Positions 31,220 to 40,728 of a stretch of 64,000 nt of DNA are shown here, piece after piece. Made by a program: the position numbers and the translations under genes. Origin of the DNA: Candidatus Latescibacterota bacterium (GTDB taxonomy: Bacteria; Latescibacterota; UBA2968; UBA8231); the NCBI GenBank assembly GCA_965197905.1, contig CBDAOB010000004.1, forward strand, positions 1,344,001 through 1,408,000. The letters are read 5' to 3'. Positions within the stretch are counted from its first letter, which is position 1, and each line of letters begins with the position of its first letter. A model generated the notes under the pieces. That model saw nothing but the letters and a program-made list of their open reading frames with translations, was not told the origin of the DNA and did no database searches.

Positions 31220-32452
31220 ATGAATAACGGCGCACGATTCGATCTCCTGTTGAAAGGCGGACACCTCATCGACCCCGCGAACGGCCTCGACGGTCCATCG
31301 GATCTGGCCCTAGCTGACGGCAAGGTGGCGGCGGTGGAGGCCCAGATCCCGGTCGAGCAGGCGGCACGCGTCGTTGATGTTGAAGGGCTGTACGTGACGC
31401 CTGGTCTGGTGGATATCCACACCCATATGTACGCCACCGCGGGTAATCGAGACGCCTGGGCCGGAGATAACAGCATCCTGCCCGACGGCTTCAGTTTTCG
31501 GGTCGGTGTGACGACGATGATGGACACGGGGAGCGCCGGTTGTCGAAACTTCGACGACTTTCGCTTTCGCGTTCTCGATCGCTTCAAGACGCGCATGTTC
31601 GCCCTGGTCAACGTCGTCGGTTCGGGTATGAACACCAATATCGTCGAGCAGAACATCCACGACATGGATCCCGAGCGCACCGCGGCGGTGGCGCGGGAGA
31701 ACGAGGATCTGGTGGTCGGAATAAAGACCGCGCATTACGAAGGGCCAGATTGGACCTCGGTTGATCGCACCGTGGAAGCGGCCGAGCGCGCCGGCATGCC
31801 GTGTATGATCGACTTCGGCCACTTCCGCCGCGAGCGGCCCTACCACGAGCTCCTGTCGAAAAAACTGAGGCCCGGCGACATCAGCACCCACATGTATCGC
31901 GCTTCCGTGCCCTGGCTGGACGAAAACGGCAAGGTGCCGAACTACCTGCACCAGGCTCGCGAGCGCGGTATCCTCTTCGACGTTGGTCATGGCGCTGGTA
32001 GCTTCGTCTTCCGCAATGCGGTTCCGGCGGTGGCCCAGGGTTTCTATCCCGATTCGATCTCCACCGACCTCCACACTACCAGCATGAACGGAGAGATGAT
32101 CGATATGGTCACCACCATGTCGAAGTTTTTGGCGATGGGCATGTCGTTGGCAGACGTGGTTCGACTCTCGACCATCGGCGCCGCCCAGGTGATCAATCAT
32201 CCGGAACTGGGGCACCTTTCGGTGGGCGCTGTAGCCGACGTGGCAGTACTCAAGGTGCTGTCGGGAAGGTTCGGGTACGCCGACGTAAGCGGCGGCAAAC
32301 TGCAGGGCAACCAGCGTTTGACCTGTGAGATGACGCTGAAAGATGGCGAGGTCGTCTACGACTGGAACGCGCGCGCGGCGCTCGATTACCGTGAGATGGG
32401 AGACCGCTACGGGCTTCGCGATGTCGATCACATCGTACTACCTGAATCCTGA
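31220..32452 (+). CDS. Amidohydrolase/dihydroorotase-like metallohydrolase
   Basis: PGLVDIHTH, FDVGHG and ISTDLH motifs. Confidence 0.88.
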   Translation: MNNGARFDLLLKGGHLIDPANGLDGPSDLALADGKVAAVEAQIPVEQAARVVDVEGLYVTPGLVDIHTHMYATAGNRDAWAGDNSILPDGFSFRVGVTTMMDTGSAGCRNFDDFRFRVLDRFKTRMFALVNVVGSGMNTNIVEQNIHDMDPERTAAVARENEDLVVGIKTAHYEGPDWTSVDRTVEAAERAGMPCMIDFGHFRRERPYHELLSKKLRPGDISTHMYRASVPWLDENGKVPNYLHQARERGILFDVGHGAGSFVFRNAVPAVAQGFYPDSISTDLHTTSMNGEMIDMVTTMSKFLAMGMSLADVVRLSTIGAAQVINHPELGHLSVGAVADVAVLKVLSGRFGYADVSGGKLQGNQRLTCEMTLKDGEVVYDWNARAALDYREMGDRYGLRDVDHIVLPES

Positions 32453-32492
32453 ATCCGCATCCTAAGAGCGTTGTTTCTCAAAGGAAAGAGAC

Positions 32493-33308
32493 CTGGGAGT
32501 ACTGTCTGGAAAAGCGGCTCTGGTAACAGGAGCATCCAAAGGAATCGGCAGCGCCACGGCGATCGCCCTTGCCGAAGCGGGAGCGGACGTGGCGATCAAC
32601 TACAGCCGCTCTGACGACGAAGCTTCGGCGGTTGCCGAAGCATGCCGCCGCCATGGCGTGAGCGTCCGTCTCGCGAAGGCAGACGTCGCCGATAAGGGAG
32701 AGGTCGATCGCGTCGTGAGTGAGACGATCGACGAATTCGGCGGACTCGACATCGCCGTCTCCAATGCCGCATACAGCGACCGTGAGCTGTTCTATCGGGC
32801 CGATATGGAGGGCTTCCGCCGGACCATCGACGTGAGCATGTGGGGTCCGTTCTACCTGGCAAGGGCGGCGGCGATTCATATGGTCGATCGCGGCCAGGGA
32901 GGCAACATCGTGGTGGTGAGCTCGCCCCACGCCAACATGGCCGTCCCTGGATCGACGGCGTACAACATGGCCAAGGCGGCCATCGATCATATGGCGCGCA
33001 CCGCCGCGGTGGAGCTTTGCAGCCACCGGATACGCGTTAACATCATCCACCCGGGGTGGATCGACACTCCGGGCGAGCGCAAGCACTTTTCGGAGGAAAC
33101 CATAGCCGAGGAAGGGGCGAAATTGCCCTGGGGGCGCCTTGGAAGGCCCGAAGAGATCGGGCGTGGAGTGGTGTTCCTGTGCGACCCAGCCAACGAATAC
33201 GTGACCGGAAGCACCCTCACCATCGACGGCGGTATTCAACTACCGTTCAGCCAGATGTACCGTCTGGAAAGCGCCCAAGCACAAAGGAAAAATCGGAAGG
33301 GTAACTAG
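32493..33308 (+). CDS. SDR family oxidoreductase (probable CTG start)
   Basis: TGASKGIG lies upstream of the track's start; YNMAK and PG motifs. No ATG/GTG/TTG in frame between the TAA at 32463 and the Rossmann motif. Confidence 0.85.
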   Translation: MGVLSGKAALVTGASKGIGSATAIALAEAGADVAINYSRSDDEASAVAEACRRHGVSVRLAKADVADKGEVDRVVSETIDEFGGLDIAVSNAAYSDRELFYRADMEGFRRTIDVSMWGPFYLARAAAIHMVDRGQGGNIVVVSSPHANMAVPGSTAYNMAKAAIDHMARTAAVELCSHRIRVNIIHPGWIDTPGERKHFSEETIAEEGAKLPWGRLGRPEEIGRGVVFLCDPANEYVTGSTLTIDGGIQLPFSQMYRLESAQAQRKNRKGN

Positions 33309-33310
33309 GC

Positions 33311-34381
33311 TCAGGTCACGGCCATGGTACGCAGGAAGCGATAGTGAGAGGCGACGGCGGCGGTAATCGACCTATAGTTGACATACGGGACCGAGGACTC
33401 TTCGCATGTTCCTCTGACGATCTTGCTTATCGCCGGATAGTGAACATGGCACACCTTCGGGAAGAGGTGGTGTTCGATCTGGAAATTCAATCCGCCGAGG
33501 TACCAGGTAGCCAGTCGGTTGCCGGTGGCGAAATTGGCGGTCGTCTCAACCTCGTGCACTGCCCACTCCTTCTCGACTTCGCGGCTGTCCGCATCGGGGT
33601 TGGGAAAACTGTTTTCTTCCAGCGCGTGAGCTAGCTGGAAAACCAGCGACAGCGTTAGCCCCTGGATCAGGTGTATGCCCACGAAAGCGATTGCTACATA
33701 CAGAGCCGGATGAAAAAGTAGCGGAATGGCGATCATATAGCCGTAGTAGACGACTTTGGACGAGATCAACACACCCCAGTTGGTTGCTGTTGTTTGCGGC
33801 ATCCTGTAGTTGAAGATGCGGCCCGAGATCAGGCGTCGGAAATCCATGGTCGTAACCCAGCTCAGCGTTAGAAAGCCATACAACAGGAAGGCGTAGAGAT
33901 GCTGATAGCGATGCCAACCCCGTCTGACCTGATTCGGACTCAACCGCAGCAAGCCACCGGTGTGCAAATCCTCATCGGCCCCGTGAATGTTGGTGTAGGT
34001 GTGATGGAGAATGTTGTGTTTGTGACGCCAGACCCTGCTGTTGCCGCCTGCCAGATCCAGCGCAAACCCCATGCTTCTGTTGATCAGCTTGCTGCTGGAA
34101 TAGCTGCCGTGGTTGCCGTCGTGCATGATGTTGAGCCCGACGAGGATAAATCCCTGGGCAAGGGCGAAAGCTGCAAGCACTGCCGTAAGCATGGAATCGG
34201 CGAGAAAAACAAGCGCGACATAAGAGCCCGCCAGCCAAGCCACTATAACGGCCGTTTTCACGTACAGGCGCCAGTTTCCGGTCGGCTTAAGGTTGTATTC
34301 TTGAAAATATTCCTCTACCCGACGGGAGACCACTCTCCTGAAATCGCCGCGCTCGGAAAACACCACCTTGTTCTCGGGCAA
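33311..34381 (-). CDS. Acyl-CoA/linoleoyl-CoA-type fatty acid desaturase
   Basis: His boxes HDGNH, HNILHH and QIEHHLFP; RBS GAGGAGG. Confidence 0.92.
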   Translation of the reverse strand: MPENKVVFSERGDFRRVVSRRVEEYFQEYNLKPTGNWRLYVKTAVIVAWLAGSYVALVFLADSMLTAVLAAFALAQGFILVGLNIMHDGNHGSYSSSKLINRSMGFALDLAGGNSRVWRHKHNILHHTYTNIHGADEDLHTGGLLRLSPNQVRRGWHRYQHLYAFLLYGFLTLSWVTTMDFRRLISGRIFNYRMPQTTATNWGVLISSKVVYYGYMIAIPLLFHPALYVAIAFVGIHLIQGLTLSLVFQLAHALEENSFPNPDADSREVEKEWAVHEVETTANFATGNRLATWYLGGLNFQIEHHLFPKVCHVHYPAISKIVRGTCEESSVPYVNYRSITAAVASHYRFLRTMAVT

Positions 34382-34402
34382 TAAGCTAATGAGGTCCTCC
34401 TC

Positions 34403-35659
34403 TTAACGCCGGGCGCCCGTAGGTGTCGAACGCGCGCCCGTACCCCGCCCACGACCGAACCGGCGCTTGGGCTTGGGTGGCGCAACGCCGGGACGTCGCG
34501 ACGGTTTATCGCCGTGCATCGACGCGATGGCCGCAGAGTGGAACGGTTGATCGGAATCGGTCAGCAAGGAACTCCGCGTCAGCTTTTCTATACCACCGAG
34601 CAACGAGACCTCATCGGCGTTGCAGAGTGAGAGAGCAGTCCCCGCCGATCCTGCGCGAGCGGTGCGTCCGATCCGGTGAACGTAGCTCTTGGGGTCGTCT
34701 GGCATCTCGTAATTGATGACATGGGAGATGCCTTCGACGTCGATTCCCCGGGCGGCGATGTCGGTTGCTACAAGCACCTTGATGCGCCCGCGATCGAAGG
34801 CGCTCAAAGCTCGCTGCCGCGCGGTCTGGCTCTTATTCGAATGAATCGCATCTGCCGTGATCCCGGCTTTCAACAGCTGTTTCGCCACCTTATTAGCCCG
34901 GTGTTTTGTGCGCGTAAATACGAGGGCTCGTCCGGTGGTGTCGCGGCTGAGAATCTCCGTGAGCAGCTGGCGCTTGTCGGTCTGTTCGACAAACATGACC
35001 TGCTGGGTGATTAAATTGGACACGGAGGCAGGTGGTGTCACGGCCACCATCGTAGGATTCTTGAGAATATCAGAAGAAAGCTTGGCAATTTCGGCCGACA
35101 GGGTGGCCGAAAACAACATGGTCTGCCGATCGTTGGCTAGCGTGGCAATAATACGACGCACATCCGGGGCGAACCCCATATCAAGCATGCGATCGGCCTC
35201 GTCGAGTACCAAAATTGTTACCCCGCCCAGATCTGCGTGACCCTGGCGCCATAAATCGAGCAGGCGGCCAGGGGTGGCCACGACGACATCGGCGCGTTTT
35301 AATGCTTTGATCTGAGGGCCGCACGCAACACCTCCAAGTACGACGGCGGTGCGGAAGGACACATGGCGGCCGTAGGTGCGAAAGCTGTCATCGATCTGCA
35401 AAGCCAGCTCGCGAGTAGGGGCAAGTACGAGGGCCCTGATCTGGCCGGAATTTTTGGGACTTTGCTTAGCCAGCCACTGTAGGATCGGCAGCGAAAACGC
35501 CGCGGTTTTACCCGTTCCGGTCTGCGCCGTCGCCAGGAGGTCCTCACCGGCGAGGGCGCACGGAATCGCCTCCTGCTGAATTTCGGTTGGGCGTTCGTAT
35601 CCCTCCTCGGCGAGGGCGCGGAGTAGGACTTTGTTCAATGAGAGATTCTGAAACTGCAT
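34403..35659 (-). CDS. rhlE: DEAD-box RNA helicase, RhlE-like
   Basis: AQTGTGKT, PTRELA, DEAD, SAT and HRIGRTAR motifs; basic tail; RBS ACAGGAG. Confidence 0.9.
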   Translation of the reverse strand: MQFQNLSLNKVLLRALAEEGYERPTEIQQEAIPCALAGEDLLATAQTGTGKTAAFSLPILQWLAKQSPKNSGQIRALVLAPTRELALQIDDSFRTYGRHVSFRTAVVLGGVACGPQIKALKRADVVVATPGRLLDLWRQGHADLGGVTILVLDEADRMLDMGFAPDVRRIIATLANDRQTMLFSATLSAEIAKLSSDILKNPTMVAVTPPASVSNLITQQVMFVEQTDKRQLLTEILSRDTTGRALVFTRTKHRANKVAKQLLKAGITADAIHSNKSQTARQRALSAFDRGRIKVLVATDIAARGIDVEGISHVINYEMPDDPKSYVHRIGRTARAGSAGTALSLCNADEVSLLGGIEKLTRSSLLTDSDQPFHSAAIASMHGDKPSRRPGVAPPKPKRRFGRGRGTGARSTPTGARR

Positions 35660-35792
35660 GTTGCTCCTGTCTTGAGGATCCGAGATTACGGCGACGTGCA
35701 AACGGCGAGGCCATCAAGACAAACCGAAATGCCAAATATGGACGCAGAGAATCGCGGTGAGATAAAAGGTAGGTGTTTTTCTAACTGCGCGT

Positions 35793-35809
35793 AACATAAC
35801 GGTTATGTT
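35793..35809. promoter_or_regulatory. Perfect palindrome AACATAAC-G-GTTATGTT (candidate operator)
   Basis: 8-bp inverted repeat with a 1-nt centre in a divergent intergenic region, near TTGAGG-N17-TATATA (35832-35860). Confidence 0.5.
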
Positions 35810-35936
35810 TTAGTTACGCAAGGCCACACCCTTGAGGTGGAGAGCTGTCCTGATTATATAGCCTTGGTCGGTCGTATAGGAGCCACAAGGGAGCCGAAGG
35901 CACCGTTCAACGCATCTGGCCGCGGAAAGGCGGGTT

Positions 35937-36992
35937 GTGCCAAGCATAGAAGTACTCGATAGCGGCATTCTCGATCACACCGATTCGGCCTTTCCGACCT
36001 TGGTGCGGTTGGACGACGGCGCCGTCATTTGCGGTTTCAGCAGGGGAGGTGGCGCCCATGTTTCGGGGGGCACCCACTGCTCGCGGTGCGCCGATGATGG
36101 GCTTACATGGAACTACCAAGGTGTGATTCTCGAACCTGAATCCGAACCGCTGCAGACCAATCATCTGCGACTCAGCCGCACCGGTGACGGGACGTTGCTC
36201 GCTTATGGCCAGCGCGATCTGAAGGCCCAAACCGCCGATGACGTGAAATACGTATCGTGTGATCCGGTATTGTGCCGCTCCGCTGACGAGGGCCGCAGCT
36301 GGTCGCCACCGCAGGTGATCCCGTTCAAAATACCCGGCCCATACGAGATCTCCAATCCCATAGTCGTCACGGAGGACAACCGCTGGCTGGCACCGGCGGC
36401 TACCTTCCACGAAGGCAGGTACGGTGAACGGGTCGTTCTGCACCAGTCCTCGGACCTGGGCGCAACCTGGCCGATCATGTATACCGTATTCGAGGATGCC
36501 AACCCGCACATCGGATATCTCGAGCAGAAGGTGATCGAATGCGAGCCACCCGGGCTGCTGGCAACGGCATGGGTGCAGGATTACGAACGCGACACCGATC
36601 TGACCAATCGATACAGCTTTTCGCACGATGGCGGGCGCACCTGGGATGGACCTCATGAAACCGGTATTCAGGGCCAGACCATGACACCGATCTGGCTGGC
36701 CGACGATCGTTTTCTTGTGCTCTATAACCGGCGTTTGGGCCAGCAAAGCGTGCAGATGTGCCTGGTACGGCCCGCCGGCGCCCGCTGGGACGTAGAGTTC
36801 GAAGCGACGATGTACGACGGCCATACCCAATTGGAGCTGACCAAAGAGGTCAGCAGCCAGGAGCAGATCGGCCTGATCCGCTTTGGCTTCCCTACGGCCC
36901 TGCGTCTCGACCGCGAGAATTTTCTGGCAACCCATTGGTGCGAGGAGGACGGCGCCTGCGCGATTCGTTGGACTCGGTTGCGTGTAACCTAG
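35937..36992 (+). CDS. BNR/Asp-box sialidase-like protein
   Basis: Repeated SxDxGxTW Asp-boxes (SADEGRSW, SSDLGATW, SHDGGRTW). Confidence 0.85.
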   Translation: MPSIEVLDSGILDHTDSAFPTLVRLDDGAVICGFSRGGGAHVSGGTHCSRCADDGLTWNYQGVILEPESEPLQTNHLRLSRTGDGTLLAYGQRDLKAQTADDVKYVSCDPVLCRSADEGRSWSPPQVIPFKIPGPYEISNPIVVTEDNRWLAPAATFHEGRYGERVVLHQSSDLGATWPIMYTVFEDANPHIGYLEQKVIECEPPGLLATAWVQDYERDTDLTNRYSFSHDGGRTWDGPHETGIQGQTMTPIWLADDRFLVLYNRRLGQQSVQMCLVRPAGARWDVEFEATMYDGHTQLELTKEVSSQEQIGLIRFGFPTALRLDRENFLATHWCEEDGACAIRWTRLRVT

Positions 36993-37002
36993 GAAGGTGA
37001 CC

Positions 37003-38346
37003 ATGGACTGGACCAAAGAAGGTGGGGAAGCGGTTGATCGGCTCTGTCGCATGATTCGTTTCGATACCACCAACCCTCCGGGGAACGAGCTCGAGCTCGC
37101 CCGTGCCTTGGCAATGGAAATACGGCAAGAGGGCCTCGACGCCGAGGTGTTGGAATCACGGGAGAACCGGGGCAACCTGGCCGTTCGTCTGCGTGGGGAT
37201 GGCAGTGAGCGACCGATCCTGTTCTTGTCCCACCTCGACGTAGTGCCGGCCGAGCCGGATAAATGGACCCAGCCACCGTTCGCCGGCTCCGTTGCCGATG
37301 GTTACGTATGGGGCCGCGGGTCGGTCGACTCCAAGCTGACCGGTGCCGTGCAGCTGCAGACCTTGTTCATGGCGCATCGCTTGAAGCTGCCGCTGAAACG
37401 AGATCTCGTACTGGTGGCGGCAGCGGATGAGGAACAAAGCCAGGGGTTCGGGGTCGACTGGCTAGTGCAGAACCATCCCCGTTTGTTCGACGCGGAATAT
37501 GGGATCAACGAAGGGGGTGGATTTGCGGTAGTGATCGACGGACAACCGGTGTACGGATGTCAGGTGGGGGAGAAGGGGAGCGCATCGGTTGATCTGGTGA
37601 CTCGAGGGAAACCGGGGCACGGCTCGGTGCCCCACGACGAGAATGCGATCGTGTCACTGGGGCCCGTCCTGGCGCGCCTGGGCGCACGGAAGTTGCCTCA
37701 TCACCCGCCCCCCAGCGTGCGCGCATTCTTCGAATATTCGGCTCGGGCCCAGTCCAACGAGCAGGTGGCGGAGCTGCTGCGCGCGGTAGTCGATCCTTCC
37801 AGCTGCGACGTCGCCCTGGCCGAACTTCCGGTGTTGGAGCGCGACCGGCTGATGTTGGACGCCATGGTCCGCAATACCTGCGCGCCGACCATGTTGCAGT
37901 CAGGACTCAAACGGAATGTAATCCCATCGGAAGCCCGGGCTTGTTTGAGTGGGCGGCCGCTCCCAGGCGCCACTGAAGCGGAGTTTATGACCGAATTGCA
38001 CGAAGTCCTTGGCGATGCGGTGGAGCTGGACCTGACCGAACCGTTTCACACCGGCGTTGAATTCGATCACGAGACCCCCCTGTTTGGCGCCTTGACCACC
38101 GCGATGCAGGCGTTCGAGCCGGGTGCCACCGTGGTGCCCTATATGCAGACGGGAGGTACGGACGCGCGCTTCCTGACCGATTTCGACCTGCATATCTACG
38201 GGTTCATTCCCATGCGTCACGAGCCGGGTCCCGGGTTTTTCGAGTTGTGCCACGGACACGATGAGCGTGTGTCCGTGAGCAACGTGACCCTCGCGGTTCA
38301 GGTGTTGTTCGAAGCCGTGCGGTTACTGAACGGAATAGGACGTTAG
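37003..38346 (+). CDS. M20/M25/M40 family metallohydrolase
   Basis: SHLDVVP, GRGSVD, ADEE, GGTD and HGHDER motifs. Confidence 0.92.
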   Translation: MDWTKEGGEAVDRLCRMIRFDTTNPPGNELELARALAMEIRQEGLDAEVLESRENRGNLAVRLRGDGSERPILFLSHLDVVPAEPDKWTQPPFAGSVADGYVWGRGSVDSKLTGAVQLQTLFMAHRLKLPLKRDLVLVAAADEEQSQGFGVDWLVQNHPRLFDAEYGINEGGGFAVVIDGQPVYGCQVGEKGSASVDLVTRGKPGHGSVPHDENAIVSLGPVLARLGARKLPHHPPPSVRAFFEYSARAQSNEQVAELLRAVVDPSSCDVALAELPVLERDRLMLDAMVRNTCAPTMLQSGLKRNVIPSEARACLSGRPLPGATEAEFMTELHEVLGDAVELDLTEPFHTGVEFDHETPLFGALTTAMQAFEPGATVVPYMQTGGTDARFLTDFDLHIYGFIPMRHEPGPGFFELCHGHDERVSVSNVTLAVQVLFEAVRLLNGIGR

Positions 38347-38357
38347 GGGGTTTCGAC

Positions 38358-39383
38358 ATGCGACCATTTCTGGATTCGACGGAGATCTCGGATCAGCCTT
38401 CCGAGCTGAATGCGCGCATGGGACGAGACGGGTACCTATTCATTCGCGGGCTGCTGCCCCCGGCCGTGCTGGAAAGCTTGCGACTGCAGATGCTCGGCAT
38501 TGCTCGCGACGCAGGATGGGTCGCCACTGATTCTCCATTAGAGAAGGGGGTCGCCAATCTCGCCGGATTCTGCGTCGAGCCGGAACAAAAGTACATGCAG
38601 GTCTATGAGCACTTTTACCGCCTGGAGGAATTCCACGCCGTGCAGCATCATCCCAGTCTGCTCGGACTGGTGGAAAGAATGGCGGGAGAACCTATCATGC
38701 CCCACCCTAGCATTATCGGGCGCATCATCTTCCCCCAGCGGGAAGCGTATACCACGCCGGCGCATCAAGATTTCGTATCCGTGCAGGGGGCCGTCGACAC
38801 CTTTACGGCATGGATTCCTTTGAGCGCCGTACCGCCCCAGCTGGGAGGGTTGCAGCTCGCCGCCGGCTCTCATCTAAGCGGGGTGTACGATTTTCGGCCG
38901 GCGTTGGGTGCGGGCGGTCTTGAAATCGTCGACCCGCTCGCCGGCCGTTGGGTCAACACCCCGTTCGAGCAGGGAGATGTGCTTTTGTTTCACAGCATGA
39001 CCGCACACAAGGGCCTGCCCAACACCACCAACTGCTTGCGGTTGTCGCTGGATGCCCGCTTTCAGAAAATCTCCGATCCGATTGAAGCCGGCTGCCTCGA
39101 GCCGCACAGCCAGCCCAATTCCTGGGAGAAGGTCTACGCCGACTGGCAGTCCGACCGCCACCGGTACTTCTGGAGGAAGTGGGATCTACAGACGGTGGAA
39201 TTCGACGACTGCTACAATGAAAGGCGGGACCGGATGGCGCTTGAGATGGCGGCCAACGGAGATCAGCGAGCACGCTCGGCGCTGCAACGAATGGCCGCAC
39301 GCGACGACGACCTAGGCAAGCGCAACCAGGCCGAAGCGATGCTTGCCCGGCTGGACGGCCAAGAAGGCAGCCCCACGGCCTGA
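38358..39383 (+). CDS. Phytanoyl-CoA dioxygenase (PhyH) family protein
   Basis: TPAHQD, TAWIPL, GDVLLFH...H and RLSLD motifs. Confidence 0.88.
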   Translation: MRPFLDSTEISDQPSELNARMGRDGYLFIRGLLPPAVLESLRLQMLGIARDAGWVATDSPLEKGVANLAGFCVEPEQKYMQVYEHFYRLEEFHAVQHHPSLLGLVERMAGEPIMPHPSIIGRIIFPQREAYTTPAHQDFVSVQGAVDTFTAWIPLSAVPPQLGGLQLAAGSHLSGVYDFRPALGAGGLEIVDPLAGRWVNTPFEQGDVLLFHSMTAHKGLPNTTNCLRLSLDARFQKISDPIEAGCLEPHSQPNSWEKVYADWQSDRHRYFWRKWDLQTVEFDDCYNERRDRMALEMAANGDQRARSALQRMAARDDDLGKRNQAEAMLARLDGQEGSPTA

Positions 39384-39387
39384 AGGT

Positions 39388-39416
39388 GAAGAGACGCGGG
39401 TTAACCCCGCATCTTC
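39388..39416. terminator. Imperfect hairpin between convergent genes
   Basis: GAAGA..GCGGG / CCCGC..TCTTC pairing. Confidence 0.4.
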
Positions 39417-39447
39417 GCAGTGATCCGATTAAATTCGCCGCCTGCAC

Positions 39448-40704
39448 TCAGGCAGGTGTCGTCGACTCCGAGCGCCGTACCGTTTGGCCGTTGCGCGTCG
39501 CCCCGTATAGCTGCTCGAACGCCGGGCCGCCATCGTCGACCATCACCTCAAGATTTGAGCCAGCTTCGCAAATCGGCATTCCGTCTCTGACATACGTGCC
39601 GTGTAGCACGGACTTGGAGGCACAACCGTAATACGTGACCTCGCCGCTGGCTCGAGAGTAGCGATAGAGATGTTTGGGGGGCTTCACGTCGTCGTGATCG
39701 ACGGCGTACTTGCGCAAGGCCGTTTCATCGACCTCGACACCGAGACCTGGTTCGTCGGGGACGGGGTAATAACCGCCTCGCACTTCGATCGGCTGCTCGA
39801 CCAGCTGGCTTTCCCAAATGTTCATGCTGGTGATCGATGGCCAGCGCGCATGGGAGCAAACCGCCGCGACGTGCGCCGCCCAGGTCGTGGTAATGCCCGT
39901 GCCGACCATCTGCAACCAGAACGGCTTGTTGGCCAGCTCACAGACGGTCGCCATTTTCAACAGCTCTTTTGCGGGACCCCCGAGAATAAAACCATCCGTT
40001 ACATCCTGCGTTATCGCCGTGGCTATGGGCGGATCGCCGATGTGCATCGCAATGGGCCGGTTCAACCGCCGGCGGATCTGCTGATTCCCAGCCACGTCTT
40101 TTTGCGGAATGGGCGTTTCGATCATCGCCACTTGCTCGTACTGCTCGAGGGATTTCAACAGCGGCAGCGCCTGCGCCGCCGTCACCAGCGAGCCGTTGAA
40201 ATCCAGGTCCAGGCGGAACTGAGGAGGAATAACCTCTATGATTGCACGAATTCCGGCGTGCAGATCGTACATTGTTCGGGTTTTGAGTTTTGCCGTCGTG
40301 TATCCGAGCGCTACCGCCTCCGCACACTGTTGGGCCCAGCCCGCGGCGGGCATGTCGATGGTCCACCAGGAGATGGGGCACCAGTCCCTCACCTTGGTGC
40401 CCAACAGCCGGTGAACCGGCACGTTGAGGTTCTTGCCCACCGCGTCGAACAGGGCGATCTGCACGGCGTATCCCAATTCGTCTTGCCACAGCAGCGAGGC
40501 GGCCTCTCTGCCAACGATCCTGTCGGCGACATCTACGGGTATCGCTCCCATCGCGTGTTTGACCGATTCCCCCCAGCCGACCACGCCGTTGTCCATGACC
40601 AGCCGGCACACCTGTATGATGCGCCATTGGGGAATCCAGTACTGCAGGTGGTCGTTGGTGTGGGGAACTTCGAGGGTTGTGATCTCTACACGTTCGATTT
40701 TCAT
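39448..40704 (-). CDS. Mandelate racemase/muconate lactonizing (enolase superfamily) enzyme
   Basis: GWGE, KLK, DFN, IETP and PGLGVEVD motifs. Confidence 0.85.
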   Translation of the reverse strand: MKIERVEITTLEVPHTNDHLQYWIPQWRIIQVCRLVMDNGVVGWGESVKHAMGAIPVDVADRIVGREAASLLWQDELGYAVQIALFDAVGKNLNVPVHRLLGTKVRDWCPISWWTIDMPAAGWAQQCAEAVALGYTTAKLKTRTMYDLHAGIRAIIEVIPPQFRLDLDFNGSLVTAAQALPLLKSLEQYEQVAMIETPIPQKDVAGNQQIRRRLNRPIAMHIGDPPIATAITQDVTDGFILGGPAKELLKMATVCELANKPFWLQMVGTGITTTWAAHVAAVCSHARWPSITSMNIWESQLVEQPIEVRGGYYPVPDEPGLGVEVDETALRKYAVDHDDVKPPKHLYRYSRASGEVTYYGCASKSVLHGTYVRDGMPICEAGSNLEVMVDDGGPAFEQLYGATRNGQTVRRSESTTPA

Positions 40705-40728
40705 GGCGAATACTCCCTTGCGCGATGC

